A stretch of 64,000 nucleotides of DNA from Myxococcota bacterium (GTDB lineage: Bacteria; Myxococcota; UBA4151), in assembly GCA_040260805.1 (NCBI GenBank), contig JBDQPD010000002.1, forward strand, positions 2,557 to 66,556. Reading direction: 5' to 3'. Shown piece by piece: positions 10,431-19,625 of this stretch (position 1 is the first letter of the stretch; each line of letters begins with the position of its first letter). The notes below the pieces were generated by a model. The model searched no databases and was not told the DNA's origin. It saw nothing but the letters and a program-made list of their open reading frames with translations. The translations under genes and the position numbers were made by a program.

Positions 10431-11318
10431 TCAATCGAGGATGAAGTACTCTGGGTCTGCAGCGACACCATCGACCAACACCTCATAGTGTAGGTGGGGA
10501 CCCGTCGACCGACCTGACATTCCAACGCTGCCGATGCGGTCCCCACGGCGCACTGTATCTCCAGCGCGTACCGCAGCATCCGCGAGATGTGCATACTTCG
10601 TCATCATGCCAAAGCCGTGGTCAACCATCACCACCAGCCCATAACCTTTTTGTTCTTCAACTTTGACCACCGACCCATCAGCGGGGCTGATAATCGGTGT
10701 ACCAATCGAGGCCGCAAAATCAATTCCACGATGCATCGCATTTCGCCCGGTCATCGGGTCGCGACGCTCGCCAAAGCGGCTCGTTAGCCAGCCTTTGGTC
10801 GGCCGCACGGCAGGCGTTGCGGCTAGCCGCGCCTGCATCGCCTCGAAGTGGCGAGCCAAGGATTCCAGCTGTTCAACTTGATGGTTCGCTTCTTCAAGCA
10901 AGCCATCCATTCGCTCGGCCATCAGGTGCTCTCGCGCCTGCTTGAGTAGTGGATGCTCCCGGTCGCCCCAGGGTGACTCTTGACCCGCTTCTGGGTCATC
11001 AACTGGACCGATCGCCAAGCGTCGAGATGGGTCCGAAAGTTGCGCCAGCTCGCGCAGTCTTTCTTCGAGCGCATCCACCTGCTCGAGGCGCTGAGCCAGT
11101 GCGGCCATTTTCTCCTGGGTCTTTTCGACTTGGGCTCGCAACGCGACGCTACGGTCCTCGCCTTGGCTCACCTGACGCCCCTGCCACCAGCCACGAAAGC
11201 CAGCCACGCTGACCAAGACCAAGCCCAAGCCCAAAACGACAGAGCCTAGGACCGCAGCCCGAATCCAGCGGCGCTGCACGACAAAGTACCGCGCCTTACC
11301 GCTTCGTTCCGGCGTCAC
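10431..11318 (-). CDS. M23-family peptidoglycan endopeptidase with N-terminal TM segment and coiled coil (EnvC/MepM-like)
   Basis: C-terminal LytM motifs HRGIDFAA...HLHYEV. N-terminal membrane anchor plus coiled coil. Confidence 0.85.
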   Translation of the reverse strand: MTPERSGKARYFVVQRRWIRAAVLGSVVLGLGLVLVSVAGFRGWWQGRQVSQGEDRSVALRAQVEKTQEKMAALAQRLEQVDALEERLRELAQLSDPSRRLAIGPVDDPEAGQESPWGDREHPLLKQAREHLMAERMDGLLEEANHQVEQLESLARHFEAMQARLAATPAVRPTKGWLTSRFGERRDPMTGRNAMHRGIDFAASIGTPIISPADGSVVKVEEQKGYGLVVMVDHGFGMMTKYAHLADAAVRAGDTVRRGDRIGSVGMSGRSTGPHLHYEVLVDGVAADPEYFILD

Positions 11319-11483
11319 AGCAATCGTGAAGTGCTCGTTACGGCGGTTCTTCAGGGCAGCCTCCTTGGCCGATGCGTTGAGCTAGGGTTTCGCAGTCGGC
11401 GCGCTCAAAGCGGCCGCTGGTCTTTCCTACCCCTTAGTCTAATCACATTTCACAACGGATCAAGAAGCAGTTCGGTGACCGCT

Positions 11484-12272
11484 TTATTCCACTTCGGCTG
11501 AAGTCGCCGATTCGTCGTCGATGTAAACGCACAACGCCGTGATGTTGTCCTCGCCACCGTGTGCGCAGGCGAGCTCGATCAGCAGCTTAGGACACTGTGC
11601 TGCAAAATGCCCACGCAGGACATCAGCGATCTCTTCGTCCGTCACCATCCCGTTGAGACCATCACTGCAAAGCAGCAGCAAGTCGCCGCGCTCGAGCGCC
11701 ACGTAGTACAGATCAACCTCAACCTCAGCGTCGACGCCGATCGATCGGGTGATGATGTTGCGGTATTGACTGACTCGGGCCTGCGCCTCGGTCATGAGAC
11801 CCAACCGCACCTGCTCAGCGACCAAACTATGGTCCATCGTGACTTGGTAGAGTTGGTCCTGCCGCAAAAGGTAAGCGCGAGAATCTCCCACATGCCCGAT
11901 AAAGGCTTGGTTTCCTAGGATCAGCACCGACGTTACCGTGGTGCCCATCCCTTGAAATTCCGGGTTATCTGCGCTGGTCTGAAACACCGTCGAATTAGCT
12001 TCTTGCATCGCCTGTCGCAAGGCGTTGACCGCCGGCGAGTTCTCACTTGGTTCGCCCGAGTGATCACCCTGCGTCATCAGGGCGTCGCGCTGCTCGATCA
12101 TTCGCTCGCGAACGATCTCCACAGACATCGACGATGCTTTCTCGCCTGCTCGGTGGCCACCCATACCGTCAGCAACAATAAACAGACCCAGGTCATTATC
12201 GACCAGGAAACTGTCTTCATTGCCTTCACGCACCAGCCCAATGTCGGTGGCTGCTGAGACGGTTAGCTCCAC
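11484..12272 (-). CDS. PP2C-family Ser/Thr protein phosphatase
   Basis: Motifs DGMGGHRAGEKAS, GTTV, SDGLNG, GGEDNIT. Confidence 0.85.
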   Translation of the reverse strand: MELTVSAATDIGLVREGNEDSFLVDNDLGLFIVADGMGGHRAGEKASSMSVEIVRERMIEQRDALMTQGDHSGEPSENSPAVNALRQAMQEANSTVFQTSADNPEFQGMGTTVTSVLILGNQAFIGHVGDSRAYLLRQDQLYQVTMDHSLVAEQVRLGLMTEAQARVSQYRNIITRSIGVDAEVEVDLYYVALERGDLLLLCSDGLNGMVTDEEIADVLRGHFAAQCPKLLIELACAHGGEDNITALCVYIDDESATSAEVE

Positions 12273-12415
12273 GCAGTTCTCCTAGCAGGGCGCGCCGGTT
12301 GCCATGGCGCCCATTGGCGAACAAGGAAATTGTTCTGGTAAGCTGCGTTTACCCGGTTGTTCGATGGCGCCCTCTTTTGTAGCGTTGCGGGGGCAATCCG
12401 TTCCCGGGGACTATC

Positions 12416-13174
12416 TTGGACTTTGCAACACTAGTCGGTCTGATCGCTGGTATCGGCTTAGTTACCAGCGCTATCGTCACTGGCGGCAATGCCATTATCT
12501 TCGTTAACCCACCCTCGTTGATGATCGTGGTGGGTGGAACGATTTCGGTCATTTTGATGAAATTCCCCGCCGGCGAGGTGTTTAATTCGCTCCGGGTCAT
12601 GAAAAATGCATTCTTTTTCCAAGCGCCCTCCGCCGTTGCAATCATCAATCAGATTATTGAAATGGCCATGCTGGCTCGAAAAGAAGGCGTGCTCGCTCTT
12701 GAAAGCGTTGAGCCCGAAGATGAATTCTTACGCTCAGGTATCCAGCGCGTCGTCGACGGCGTCGACACAGGTCACATCAAAAGAGCGATGAACCAAGAGC
12801 TCGACCAGATGGTGGCTCGTCATGACGTCGGCATTTCGGTCTTTAAAATGGGCGGAGATATCGCCCCAGCCTTCGGCATGATCGGAACCCTGATCGGGCT
12901 GGTGAAGATGCTGTCCTCGATGGAAGATCCGTCAGCGATTGGTCCGGCGATGGCGATCGCTTTGCTGACCACCCTCTATGGCGCTCTGATGGCTAATGTC
13001 TTCTTCTTACCGATCGCCGACAAACTGGCTTTTCGGTCAGAACAAGAGCTCTTCGCTCGAAAATTGATGGTCGATGGCATTCTGGCGATCGGCCGGGGAG
13101 AGACCAACCCCAATCAGCTCAAAACGATGCTCGGCGCCAACCTTGCGCCCAAGGAACGCGAGCAACTGGAGTAG
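12416..13174 (+). CDS. MotA/PomA-family stator proton-channel protein (AglR-like)
   Basis: 252 aa. Near-colinear with Vibrio PomA as I recall it (MDxATLxGLIxG...IVVGG...LMKF...DPxAIGPAMAxALLTTLYGA...PIADKL). Confidence 0.8.
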   Translation: MDFATLVGLIAGIGLVTSAIVTGGNAIIFVNPPSLMIVVGGTISVILMKFPAGEVFNSLRVMKNAFFFQAPSAVAIINQIIEMAMLARKEGVLALESVEPEDEFLRSGIQRVVDGVDTGHIKRAMNQELDQMVARHDVGISVFKMGGDIAPAFGMIGTLIGLVKMLSSMEDPSAIGPAMAIALLTTLYGALMANVFFLPIADKLAFRSEQELFARKLMVDGILAIGRGETNPNQLKTMLGANLAPKEREQLE

Positions 13175-13180
13175 GCGCTG

Positions 13181-14065
13181 ATGGAAGAGGAGCTCCCACC
13201 AGTCCTTGAGGACAGCGAACTCTTCGCTAGTGCTCATGAGACCATCGCAGCTGCGATCGCCGAGCTCGATGATGAGCCGGCTGTCAGTGCCATTCCTGAC
13301 GATGAATTCGACGACGAAGAAGAAAAGATACGCTACAAAAAAGTGTTCATCGGCGCGCCTATGTGGGTGGTGACCTTTGGCGACTTGATGAGTTTGCTGC
13401 TGACCTTCTTTGTGCTGATTCTAAGCTTCTCGACGATGGACCCGGTCAAGTTTAAGATCGTCCGAGGGTCACTAGACACGGCGTTAGGCATTCAAAAGAA
13501 GGTGACGGCGACCAGCGTCCCGCGCGCCGACAACATGATGGCGACCGAATTTAACCGACGCGACTTCAACAAACAGATTGAGAGCGTGCTCAAGAAGGCG
13601 CTGCGCGACACCTTCCCTCCAGGGCAAGAGCCCGGTCGTGTCGAGAAGGTGATCGATATTCGCGGTGAGGTCGTTCGCTTCATCGCATACGACCTCTTTT
13701 TACCGGGCAGCGAAGCGGACGCCCCTAAAGCCAAAACGGTCTATCAGGTGATGGCCGACACCTTGGTCCAGATGGAGGCTCGAATGGAGGTTCGCGGGAT
13801 CGCCCTCGAGCGCTTCTCGCGCGACCTTAGGCAACGCGGTCAAGCACGCGAAGATGGGGTCGTACCCGTTCGAGTCGCGGCTCGACGTGCGGTGATCGCT
13901 AGTCAAAAAGTCCAAAGCCGGCGGAAGCGCGAGATCAGCAGCCGAACGGTCCTACCTGCAGTCACTCCAGGTGTCGCTACACCCGAGCCTCCAGGCGTCG
14001 TGAACATGACCGAATTCGTGTTTCTAGCGCCTGATCGGGTGAGCGCTAAAGCGGGTAATCCATGA
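13181..14065 (+). CDS. MotB/TolR-like stator partner with acidic N-terminal extension and no recognisable peptidoglycan-binding domain
   Basis: TM plug motif APMWVVTFGDLMSLLLTFFVLILSFS is shared with the next gene. The periplasmic part is divergent. Confidence 0.6.
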   Translation: MEEELPPVLEDSELFASAHETIAAAIAELDDEPAVSAIPDDEFDDEEEKIRYKKVFIGAPMWVVTFGDLMSLLLTFFVLILSFSTMDPVKFKIVRGSLDTALGIQKKVTATSVPRADNMMATEFNRRDFNKQIESVLKKALRDTFPPGQEPGRVEKVIDIRGEVVRFIAYDLFLPGSEADAPKAKTVYQVMADTLVQMEARMEVRGIALERFSRDLRQRGQAREDGVVPVRVAARRAVIASQKVQSRRKREISSRTVLPAVTPGVATPEPPGVVNMTEFVFLAPDRVSAKAGNP

Positions 14066-14847
14066 CCAAAGTTGTACTTAAAGTCACTCGAGGAGCGCCC
14101 GCTTGGGTGGTGACCTTTGGCGATCTGATGAGCCTCCTGCTCACCTTCTTCGTGCTCTTACTGAGTTTCTCGCGTGTCTCGGTCTCGCAACGCTACCAAG
14201 AGGTCAACGGCACCTTGAAAAACGCCTTTGGCTTGGCTCAAACTAAAAATGTATCGCCACCATCAGCGATGGACCTCATCAAGATCACCGATGACTTTAC
14301 GATGACCGCAACCAAGATTGAAGAAGAGCTCCGTAAAGAGGTCGTGCCGCGCTATCCGCTCGACGAAAAGGAGATCGAAAAGCCTGAGGTTATCCGAAGA
14401 AAAGACCGGGTAATTCTGCGCTTCAACGGCGAGGCGATGTTTCCATCTGGAAAGCAAGAGATCGACCCGAGGTTTCATGCGTTTTTGGATGGGGTTGCGA
14501 CCAAAGCGGTGGCGAACCGAGTGAACACGATCATCGAAGCGCACACGGACAACGTCTCTTTTAGGACGCGGCTGTTTTCATCAAACAGTGACCTGAGCAT
14601 GGCTCGAGCGGCACAGGTTGCTGCCTACATCACGAGCGTTCAGCGTTTGCTGCCCTCTCGAGTTTTAGCCGTCGGAAAAGGACCTTATGAACCGTTGCAT
14701 CGCAACAACACGCGGGAGCGCCGGGCGATGAACCGGCGCATCGAAATTCAGTTCGTCGAAAATATGGCTGAAAAAGGTAGCCTTCGACTCGGAACTGATA
14801 AAGGCGTGCGCTTTGAAATCGGCGGTAAGAACAAAAAAGTCCCATGA
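14062..14847 (+). CDS. MotB/PomB-like stator protein with OmpA-type C-terminal peptidoglycan-binding domain
   Basis: APAWVVTFGDLMSLLLTFFVLLLSFS TM segment. C-terminal OmpA-like motifs (HTDNVSF...SNSDLSMARAAQVAAYI...RRIEI). ATGA overlap with the upstream gene. Confidence 0.75.
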   Translation: MTKVVLKVTRGAPAWVVTFGDLMSLLLTFFVLLLSFSRVSVSQRYQEVNGTLKNAFGLAQTKNVSPPSAMDLIKITDDFTMTATKIEEELRKEVVPRYPLDEKEIEKPEVIRRKDRVILRFNGEAMFPSGKQEIDPRFHAFLDGVATKAVANRVNTIIEAHTDNVSFRTRLFSSNSDLSMARAAQVAAYITSVQRLLPSRVLAVGKGPYEPLHRNNTRERRAMNRRIEIQFVENMAEKGSLRLGTDKGVRFEIGGKNKKVP

Positions 14848-15632
14848 TCTGGTTACTCAATCGAACCCATAGTGATGCGGCTCACCAGGCTGCTCAGGAT
14901 CTGCATCAGTTCGCTCTTGGTGAGGGTATTGAGTGTCGTATTTTAGAGCAAAGCAGCAACCCCAGCGCCGAGGACATGATGATCGTCCTCGGCGGCGATG
15001 GCACGTTGATTCAGGCTGCCAGGCGGTTCGCACATCTGGGCTTGAGGATGGTTGCGATCAACTTAGGCCGCCTCGGCTACATCACCAGCTTTAGTGCGGA
15101 TCAAGCTCGCTTTGCGCTCACTGCAGCGGCATCGGGAGCGCTGGTCGAGGATGTACGTCTGAGGCTGTCGGTTCGATGGGCAGACCAAGAAGCCGTCGCT
15201 CTAAACGAAGCCTTGATCACCTCAGGTCAGCCAGGACGTATCTGCTCACTAGCGCTTGCGATCGACGGCCAACCCGCCACCGCTTTGCGTGGCGACGGAG
15301 CTCTTGTGGCGACGCCGACCGGCAGCACCGCCTACGCCTTGAGCGCTGGTGGTCCTGTTTTACTGCCCGGGCTCCAGGCCTTAGTGGTGGTGCCCGTGGC
15401 GCCGCACTCGATTCGTTTTAGACCGCTCGTATTGCCGCCACAGCGAGTCCTGTCGATGCGTCCCGAAGAAGACGCATGGCTGGTGCTCGACGGCCAAGAG
15501 CGACTTCGGATTGAAGCCGGAACTGAAGTCACGCTCGATGGCACCGCGCCGGCTTTGCGCTTGCTCAAAGAGCCGTCCCATGAACACCTCGTGACGCTGC
15601 GCGACAAACTGCACTGGGGTGAATGGTCATGA
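14844..15632 (+). CDS. nadK: NAD kinase
   Basis: GGDGTL and NLGRLGYIT motifs. Conserved nadK-recN adjacency. ATGA overlap with motB. Confidence 0.85.
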   Translation: MIWLLNRTHSDAAHQAAQDLHQFALGEGIECRILEQSSNPSAEDMMIVLGGDGTLIQAARRFAHLGLRMVAINLGRLGYITSFSADQARFALTAAASGALVEDVRLRLSVRWADQEAVALNEALITSGQPGRICSLALAIDGQPATALRGDGALVATPTGSTAYALSAGGPVLLPGLQALVVVPVAPHSIRFRPLVLPPQRVLSMRPEEDAWLVLDGQERLRIEAGTEVTLDGTAPALRLLKEPSHEHLVTLRDKLHWGEWS

Positions 15633-17296
15633 TCGCCGAGTTGAGCATTCAAAATCTTGTGCTCGCTGATCAGATCCGCATTCAACTTCAACCCGGACTG
15701 GTGGCGCTGACTGGTGAAACAGGCGCAGGAAAAAGTTTGATCGGTCAAGCGCTTCACCTCGCCGCCGGAGGGCGCGCTAAAAGCGGCTTGATTCGGCGCG
15801 GTGAAGACGAAGCGCGAATTGATCTCGTGCTCCAGTTCGAAGGCAGCGCTCAGCGTTCGATCGACCGAGACCTGAAGGCGCTCGGACTTCCGCAAAGCGA
15901 AGACGGACGCATCGTCGTTCGTCGGGTCCTCAAGGCATCGGGCGGCACACGGTCTTGGATCGGTGGCTCAGCGGTCAGCCTACGCAGTCTTCAAACGCTC
16001 TGGAAAAATCGGCTCATGAGGATCGATCAAGGGGCAGCGACGACGCTCAACTCGACCACAGGTCGCTTAGCCCTTTTGGATCGTGCACTGCCTCGCACGG
16101 CGCCGGTCGAAGCGATGAAACAAGCCGCTGAACAATGGCACGCTGCTCAAGCTGAACTCGAGCGGCTGACCGACCAACTCGAGAGCCAGCGTGATCAGCG
16201 AGAGATGATTCGCCACTGGGTCGATGAGTTGATCGAGTTTGCGCCGGCCGACAGCGAATATGACGAGTTGCTCGACACCCGACGGCTGGTGCGAAGCCAA
16301 CGTCAACAGCGAGCGGCTTTGCAGCGAGCAGAGACGGTGATCGGCAGTGACAAGGGGATCTTGTCGTCTTTAGGTGAGATGCGACGGATCGCAGCGACGG
16401 CTGTTGATGCCGAGCCCCTGTATGAGCTGGTCGCTCAGGCGGACCATGCGGTGGATAGCTACCTTAGACAACTCCAAGAGCAATCGACCGATCTGGTCAA
16501 AGTCGACGAAGACGCGCTGCAAGAGCGCCTGTTTCGCTGGCGCGATTTGGCGCGCAAGCACCGCTGCAGTGAACCTGAGTTAACCGAACGCTTCCGCGAG
16601 CTGACGGCGCAACTCGAGCAGCTTGATGCGCCTGAAGAGGTTCTCGCCGAGGCTAGTCAGCGAGCCAGCCAGGCTCGCCTTAACGCTGAAACAGTCGCCC
16701 AAAAATTGAGTGACCAACGACTGAAGGCGGCGAAGCGAGTTGAAACCTCGCTCACGGAGTTGCTGCCAGGCTTAGGTTTCCAGGGCGCCAAAATGAAGCT
16801 GTCGCTGAGTAGGAAACCCCAACTCAATGCATCGGGCTGGGATCAACTCGACCTGCTCTTTCAGGCCAATCCGGGCGAAGGGTTCACGCCGGTTCAAGAC
16901 GGTGCGTCTGGGGGCGAAAAGGCTCGCTTGTTGCTGGCTTTGGATTGCTCACTGCCGCGCACCGACAGCCTGAGCACCGTATTTTATGACGAAGTGGATG
17001 CAGGTATGGGCGGAGCAGCCGCAGCGGCGGTCGCCCGTTTACTCGCGAATCAAAGCCGAGCGGTTCAGGTCTTGGTTATCACCCATCAAGCGGCGGTCGC
17101 TGCAGCCGCCGATCAACACCTCGCGGTGCATAAAGCGACGAAAAAAGGCAGGACGCTGCTTTCCACGCATACGCTCAACCCTTCAGAGCGAGAACATGAG
17201 CTTGCGCGCATGACCAGCGGTCACGTCGCGCCAGAAGCTGCCAAAGCGGTGGCTCGTGCGCTGATCGATGAGGGCGGCGCCCATGCGACTGTTTGA
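15623..17296 (+). CDS. recN: DNA repair protein RecN (SMC-like ATPase)
   Basis: Walker A GETGAGKS, central coiled coil, C-terminal signature and Walker B (LLALD...FYDEVDAGMGG). Confidence 0.9.
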   Translation: MVMIAELSIQNLVLADQIRIQLQPGLVALTGETGAGKSLIGQALHLAAGGRAKSGLIRRGEDEARIDLVLQFEGSAQRSIDRDLKALGLPQSEDGRIVVRRVLKASGGTRSWIGGSAVSLRSLQTLWKNRLMRIDQGAATTLNSTTGRLALLDRALPRTAPVEAMKQAAEQWHAAQAELERLTDQLESQRDQREMIRHWVDELIEFAPADSEYDELLDTRRLVRSQRQQRAALQRAETVIGSDKGILSSLGEMRRIAATAVDAEPLYELVAQADHAVDSYLRQLQEQSTDLVKVDEDALQERLFRWRDLARKHRCSEPELTERFRELTAQLEQLDAPEEVLAEASQRASQARLNAETVAQKLSDQRLKAAKRVETSLTELLPGLGFQGAKMKLSLSRKPQLNASGWDQLDLLFQANPGEGFTPVQDGASGGEKARLLLALDCSLPRTDSLSTVFYDEVDAGMGGAAAAAVARLLANQSRAVQVLVITHQAAVAAAADQHLAVHKATKKGRTLLSTHTLNPSEREHELARMTSGHVAPEAAKAVARALIDEGGAHATV

Positions 17297-18467
17297 GGCT
17301 CACCTCGACGATCGGCATCAACCGCTTGCAGAGCGGTTACGGCCGCGCACCGCGCAGGACGTTATCGGACAATCGCACCTGCTCGAACCTGGGGGGTTGT
17401 TAGCTCGCTTACTCGCCGCAGAAGAGCTCCCGTCGATGATTTTATGGGGTCCTCCAGGGGTCGGCAAAACCACCTTAGCTCGACTTCTTGCGACCAACGC
17501 CCGAGCCGCATTTGAAGCCCTATCGGCAGTTCAAGCCGGGATTTCAGATCTCAAGGTCTTGCTGGAACGAGCGAGCGAGCGGTTAAATTTCCACAACCAA
17601 ACGACGGTCTTATTTCTCGATGAGATTCATCGCTTTAATAAAACCCAACAAGACTTCCTCTTGCCTCATGTCGAATCCGGTCGCCTGGTGTTGCTCGGCG
17701 CAACCACTGAGAATCCTGGCTTTGCGGTCATCCCTGCCTTGCGCTCGCGGTGCATCAGCGTCGCCCTTCAAGGATTGGATGAGGACGATTTAAAAAGCGT
17801 CATCTCGCGCGGTCTGGACTGCCTAAAAGCGCAGGCAGAAGAACCCGCTATCGAGTTACTCGTTCGCTGGTCTCAAGGAGACGCTCGGCGGAGTCTCAAC
17901 CTTCTAGAGTGGTCCCACAAGCTCGCTCATGGCGAGGTCATTACTGCTGAGCTCGTAGCGACCGCGGCGGACCGACCGGCCGTACTCGCCGATCGCAACG
18001 GCGACCATCACTACGATACGATGTCGGCGCTGATCAAAAGCATGCGCGCTTCCGATGCAAACGCCGCGCTCCACTATCTGGCTCGAATGCTTGAGGCCGG
18101 CGAGGACATCACTTTTATCGCGAGAAGGTTGGTCATCTTCGCCTCTGAAGACATCGGCAACGCCGCGCCCATGGCTTTGGTTGTGAGCCAGTCAGCAGCC
18201 GATGCGGTTCGCTTTATTGGTCTGCCGGAAGCCGCGTTGACGCTCAGTCAGGCGGTCACATTTTTAGCTGACGCCCCTAAATCCAGAGCCTGCACTGAGG
18301 CGATCCGCGCCGCTCGAGCTGACCTTCAAGATGGAGCTTGGCCAGAGATTCCTGCGCGCTTACTGAATCGAAAGCGACCCCACGACGTTAGTATGGGGCA
18401 ACAAGAGTCTGGTCCGCTCTTGCCTAAGGCGCTAGCAGACCGGTGTTACTATCCCAAAAGAGAGTAA
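17268..18467 (+). CDS. rarA: Replication-associated recombination protein A (MgsA/RarA AAA+ ATPase)
   Basis: GPPGVGKTTLA, LFLDEIHRFNK, and C-terminal MgsA helical domain. The start could instead be ATG 17283 (MRLFEAHLDD). Both candidate starts overlap the recN end. Confidence 0.9.
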   Translation: MRAAPMRLFEAHLDDRHQPLAERLRPRTAQDVIGQSHLLEPGGLLARLLAAEELPSMILWGPPGVGKTTLARLLATNARAAFEALSAVQAGISDLKVLLERASERLNFHNQTTVLFLDEIHRFNKTQQDFLLPHVESGRLVLLGATTENPGFAVIPALRSRCISVALQGLDEDDLKSVISRGLDCLKAQAEEPAIELLVRWSQGDARRSLNLLEWSHKLAHGEVITAELVATAADRPAVLADRNGDHHYDTMSALIKSMRASDANAALHYLARMLEAGEDITFIARRLVIFASEDIGNAAPMALVVSQSAADAVRFIGLPEAALTLSQAVTFLADAPKSRACTEAIRAARADLQDGAWPEIPARLLNRKRPHDVSMGQQESGPLLPKALADRCYYPKRE

Positions 18468-18470
18468 GTG

Positions 18471-18647
18471 ATGAGTCAAGAACCCACCGCAGCAGAGCTT
18501 GCCATGCTACAAGGCAATAACGCCGCAGCCGTCAAACAAGCTGGTGAGGATGTACCCCATGAGCTGGTACGAGATCCCATCTACGCGATGATCTATGTCG
18601 GCGGTTTAGCGGTCTATGGGCTTCTTATTGCTGTATTCTTACTCTAA
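18471..18647 (+). CDS. Small (58 aa) protein with hydrophobic C-terminal helix; too short to appear in the ORF track
   Basis: ATG 3 nt after the rarA stop. MSQEPTAAELAMLQGNNAAAVKQAGEDVPHELVRDPIYAMIYVGGLAVYGLLIAVFLL. Its stop codon sits inside an AAGGAG Shine-Dalgarno for the next gene. Confidence 0.4.
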   Translation: MSQEPTAAELAMLQGNNAAAVKQAGEDVPHELVRDPIYAMIYVGGLAVYGLLIAVFLL

Positions 18648-18656
18648 GGAGATGCC

Positions 18657-19625
18657 ATGCTGTGGTTAATGTTGGTTCTCGGGGCGATGTCGCCCTCGAA
18701 ATCGATTCAAGGTCTCGCCAAAGACCGGCGAGCAATGAAACAACTGCGCACTTTTCCCGGGATCAAGTCCTGCAATAAATCGTGGGTTTTGCGACGCTCG
18801 AACTCCGAGGGCGATCTTTGCCGGATGGCTTTGCTCGCTTCGACCGCAAAAGATGGTCGCAACGTGCGCAAGAGCTCCAAAAAGTATGAGAACATGACGG
18901 TCAAGCGAGCCAAATACCTGGTCGAAGCCATCGAGCATGCAGAGCGCGCCGCAAAGAAACTGACCAAAGGCAAAGTCGCCAAGCAATGGAAGCTGCTCAA
19001 GGCAGCACGCGCCATCAGCGCGGTGTGTCCGATTATTGATGACCTCAAGCAAGAGGTCGCCATGGCGCCCTTATCGGCGCGCAAAGCTCGAGGTTTATCA
19101 TCTTCTCTAAAGCCTGGAGTGACCGCCCGGCAGGCGACCTGCCGATGCATCAGCGCGCTGCGGACAGTGGTCACCCCCCTAAGGTCGAAGAAACCATTTG
19201 TGGTCAAAGCGCGCGATCAGATCAGTATGTCAGGCTGCGTCGCGCAGCGGCTCGAGGTGGCTCGCGCCACTCAATACGTCGCGCCGAAACGTAGCCGCTT
19301 CTCGGATGAAGGGCGCGCTCAGCGTGTCGCGGATAAAAAACGAATCGCAGCGCCAGACCGGCGCGCTGCGGCCATGAACCTGATCGAACGCCATCGCAGT
19401 GAGATCAACGCCTGCGCAGCCGAAGCTCGTAAACTTGGCGGCAACCGAGGCAAGCGCGCTAAGCGTATGTCTCGCTGCATCTGCTCGACGGCTCGCGGTT
19501 GGCGCTTTGCGCCAGGCAAACCGATGACGCTCGAAGAAAGAGCGACCAGTGGAACCCTAGTGCTGCGCCTAAAGACCGGCGCTCGAGGGCGCGTGAAAGC
19601 ATGCGGAGTGATCGTCAAGAAGTGA
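18657..19625 (+). CDS. Hypothetical, very basic (K/R/A-rich) 322-aa protein with hydrophobic N-terminus
   Basis: Perfect SD AAGGAG at 18646-18651, 5 nt before ATG 18657. Same strand as the surrounding operon. It overlaps the mutS2 start by 25 nt. Third-codon GC cannot separate it from the antisense ORFs, which share the wobble position. Confidence 0.45.
   Translation: MLWLMLVLGAMSPSKSIQGLAKDRRAMKQLRTFPGIKSCNKSWVLRRSNSEGDLCRMALLASTAKDGRNVRKSSKKYENMTVKRAKYLVEAIEHAERAAKKLTKGKVAKQWKLLKAARAISAVCPIIDDLKQEVAMAPLSARKARGLSSSLKPGVTARQATCRCISALRTVVTPLRSKKPFVVKARDQISMSGCVAQRLEVARATQYVAPKRSRFSDEGRAQRVADKKRIAAPDRRAAAMNLIERHRSEINACAAEARKLGGNRGKRAKRMSRCICSTARGWRFAPGKPMTLEERATSGTLVLRLKTGARGRVKACGVIVKK

Noticed and set aside
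11319-11483. GCGGCCGC-containing palindromes as possible terminators
   Set aside because: Short GC palindromes without a following T-tract. They are common by chance at this GC content.
12273-12415. Possible sigma-54 or sigma-70 promoter elements in the pp2c / pomA divergent intergenic region, and sigma-54 promoters elsewhere
   Set aside because: No convincing TGGCAC-N5-TTGC match found by eye in any intergenic region. Only weak -35/-10 like hexamers, so not reportable.
19499-19600. N-terminal extension of mutS2 (MALCARQTDDARRK...)
   Set aside because: The MutS2-like sequence begins at MRSDRQEV (19601). The extension is Arg-rich with no homology pattern and would lie wholly within the upstream gene.
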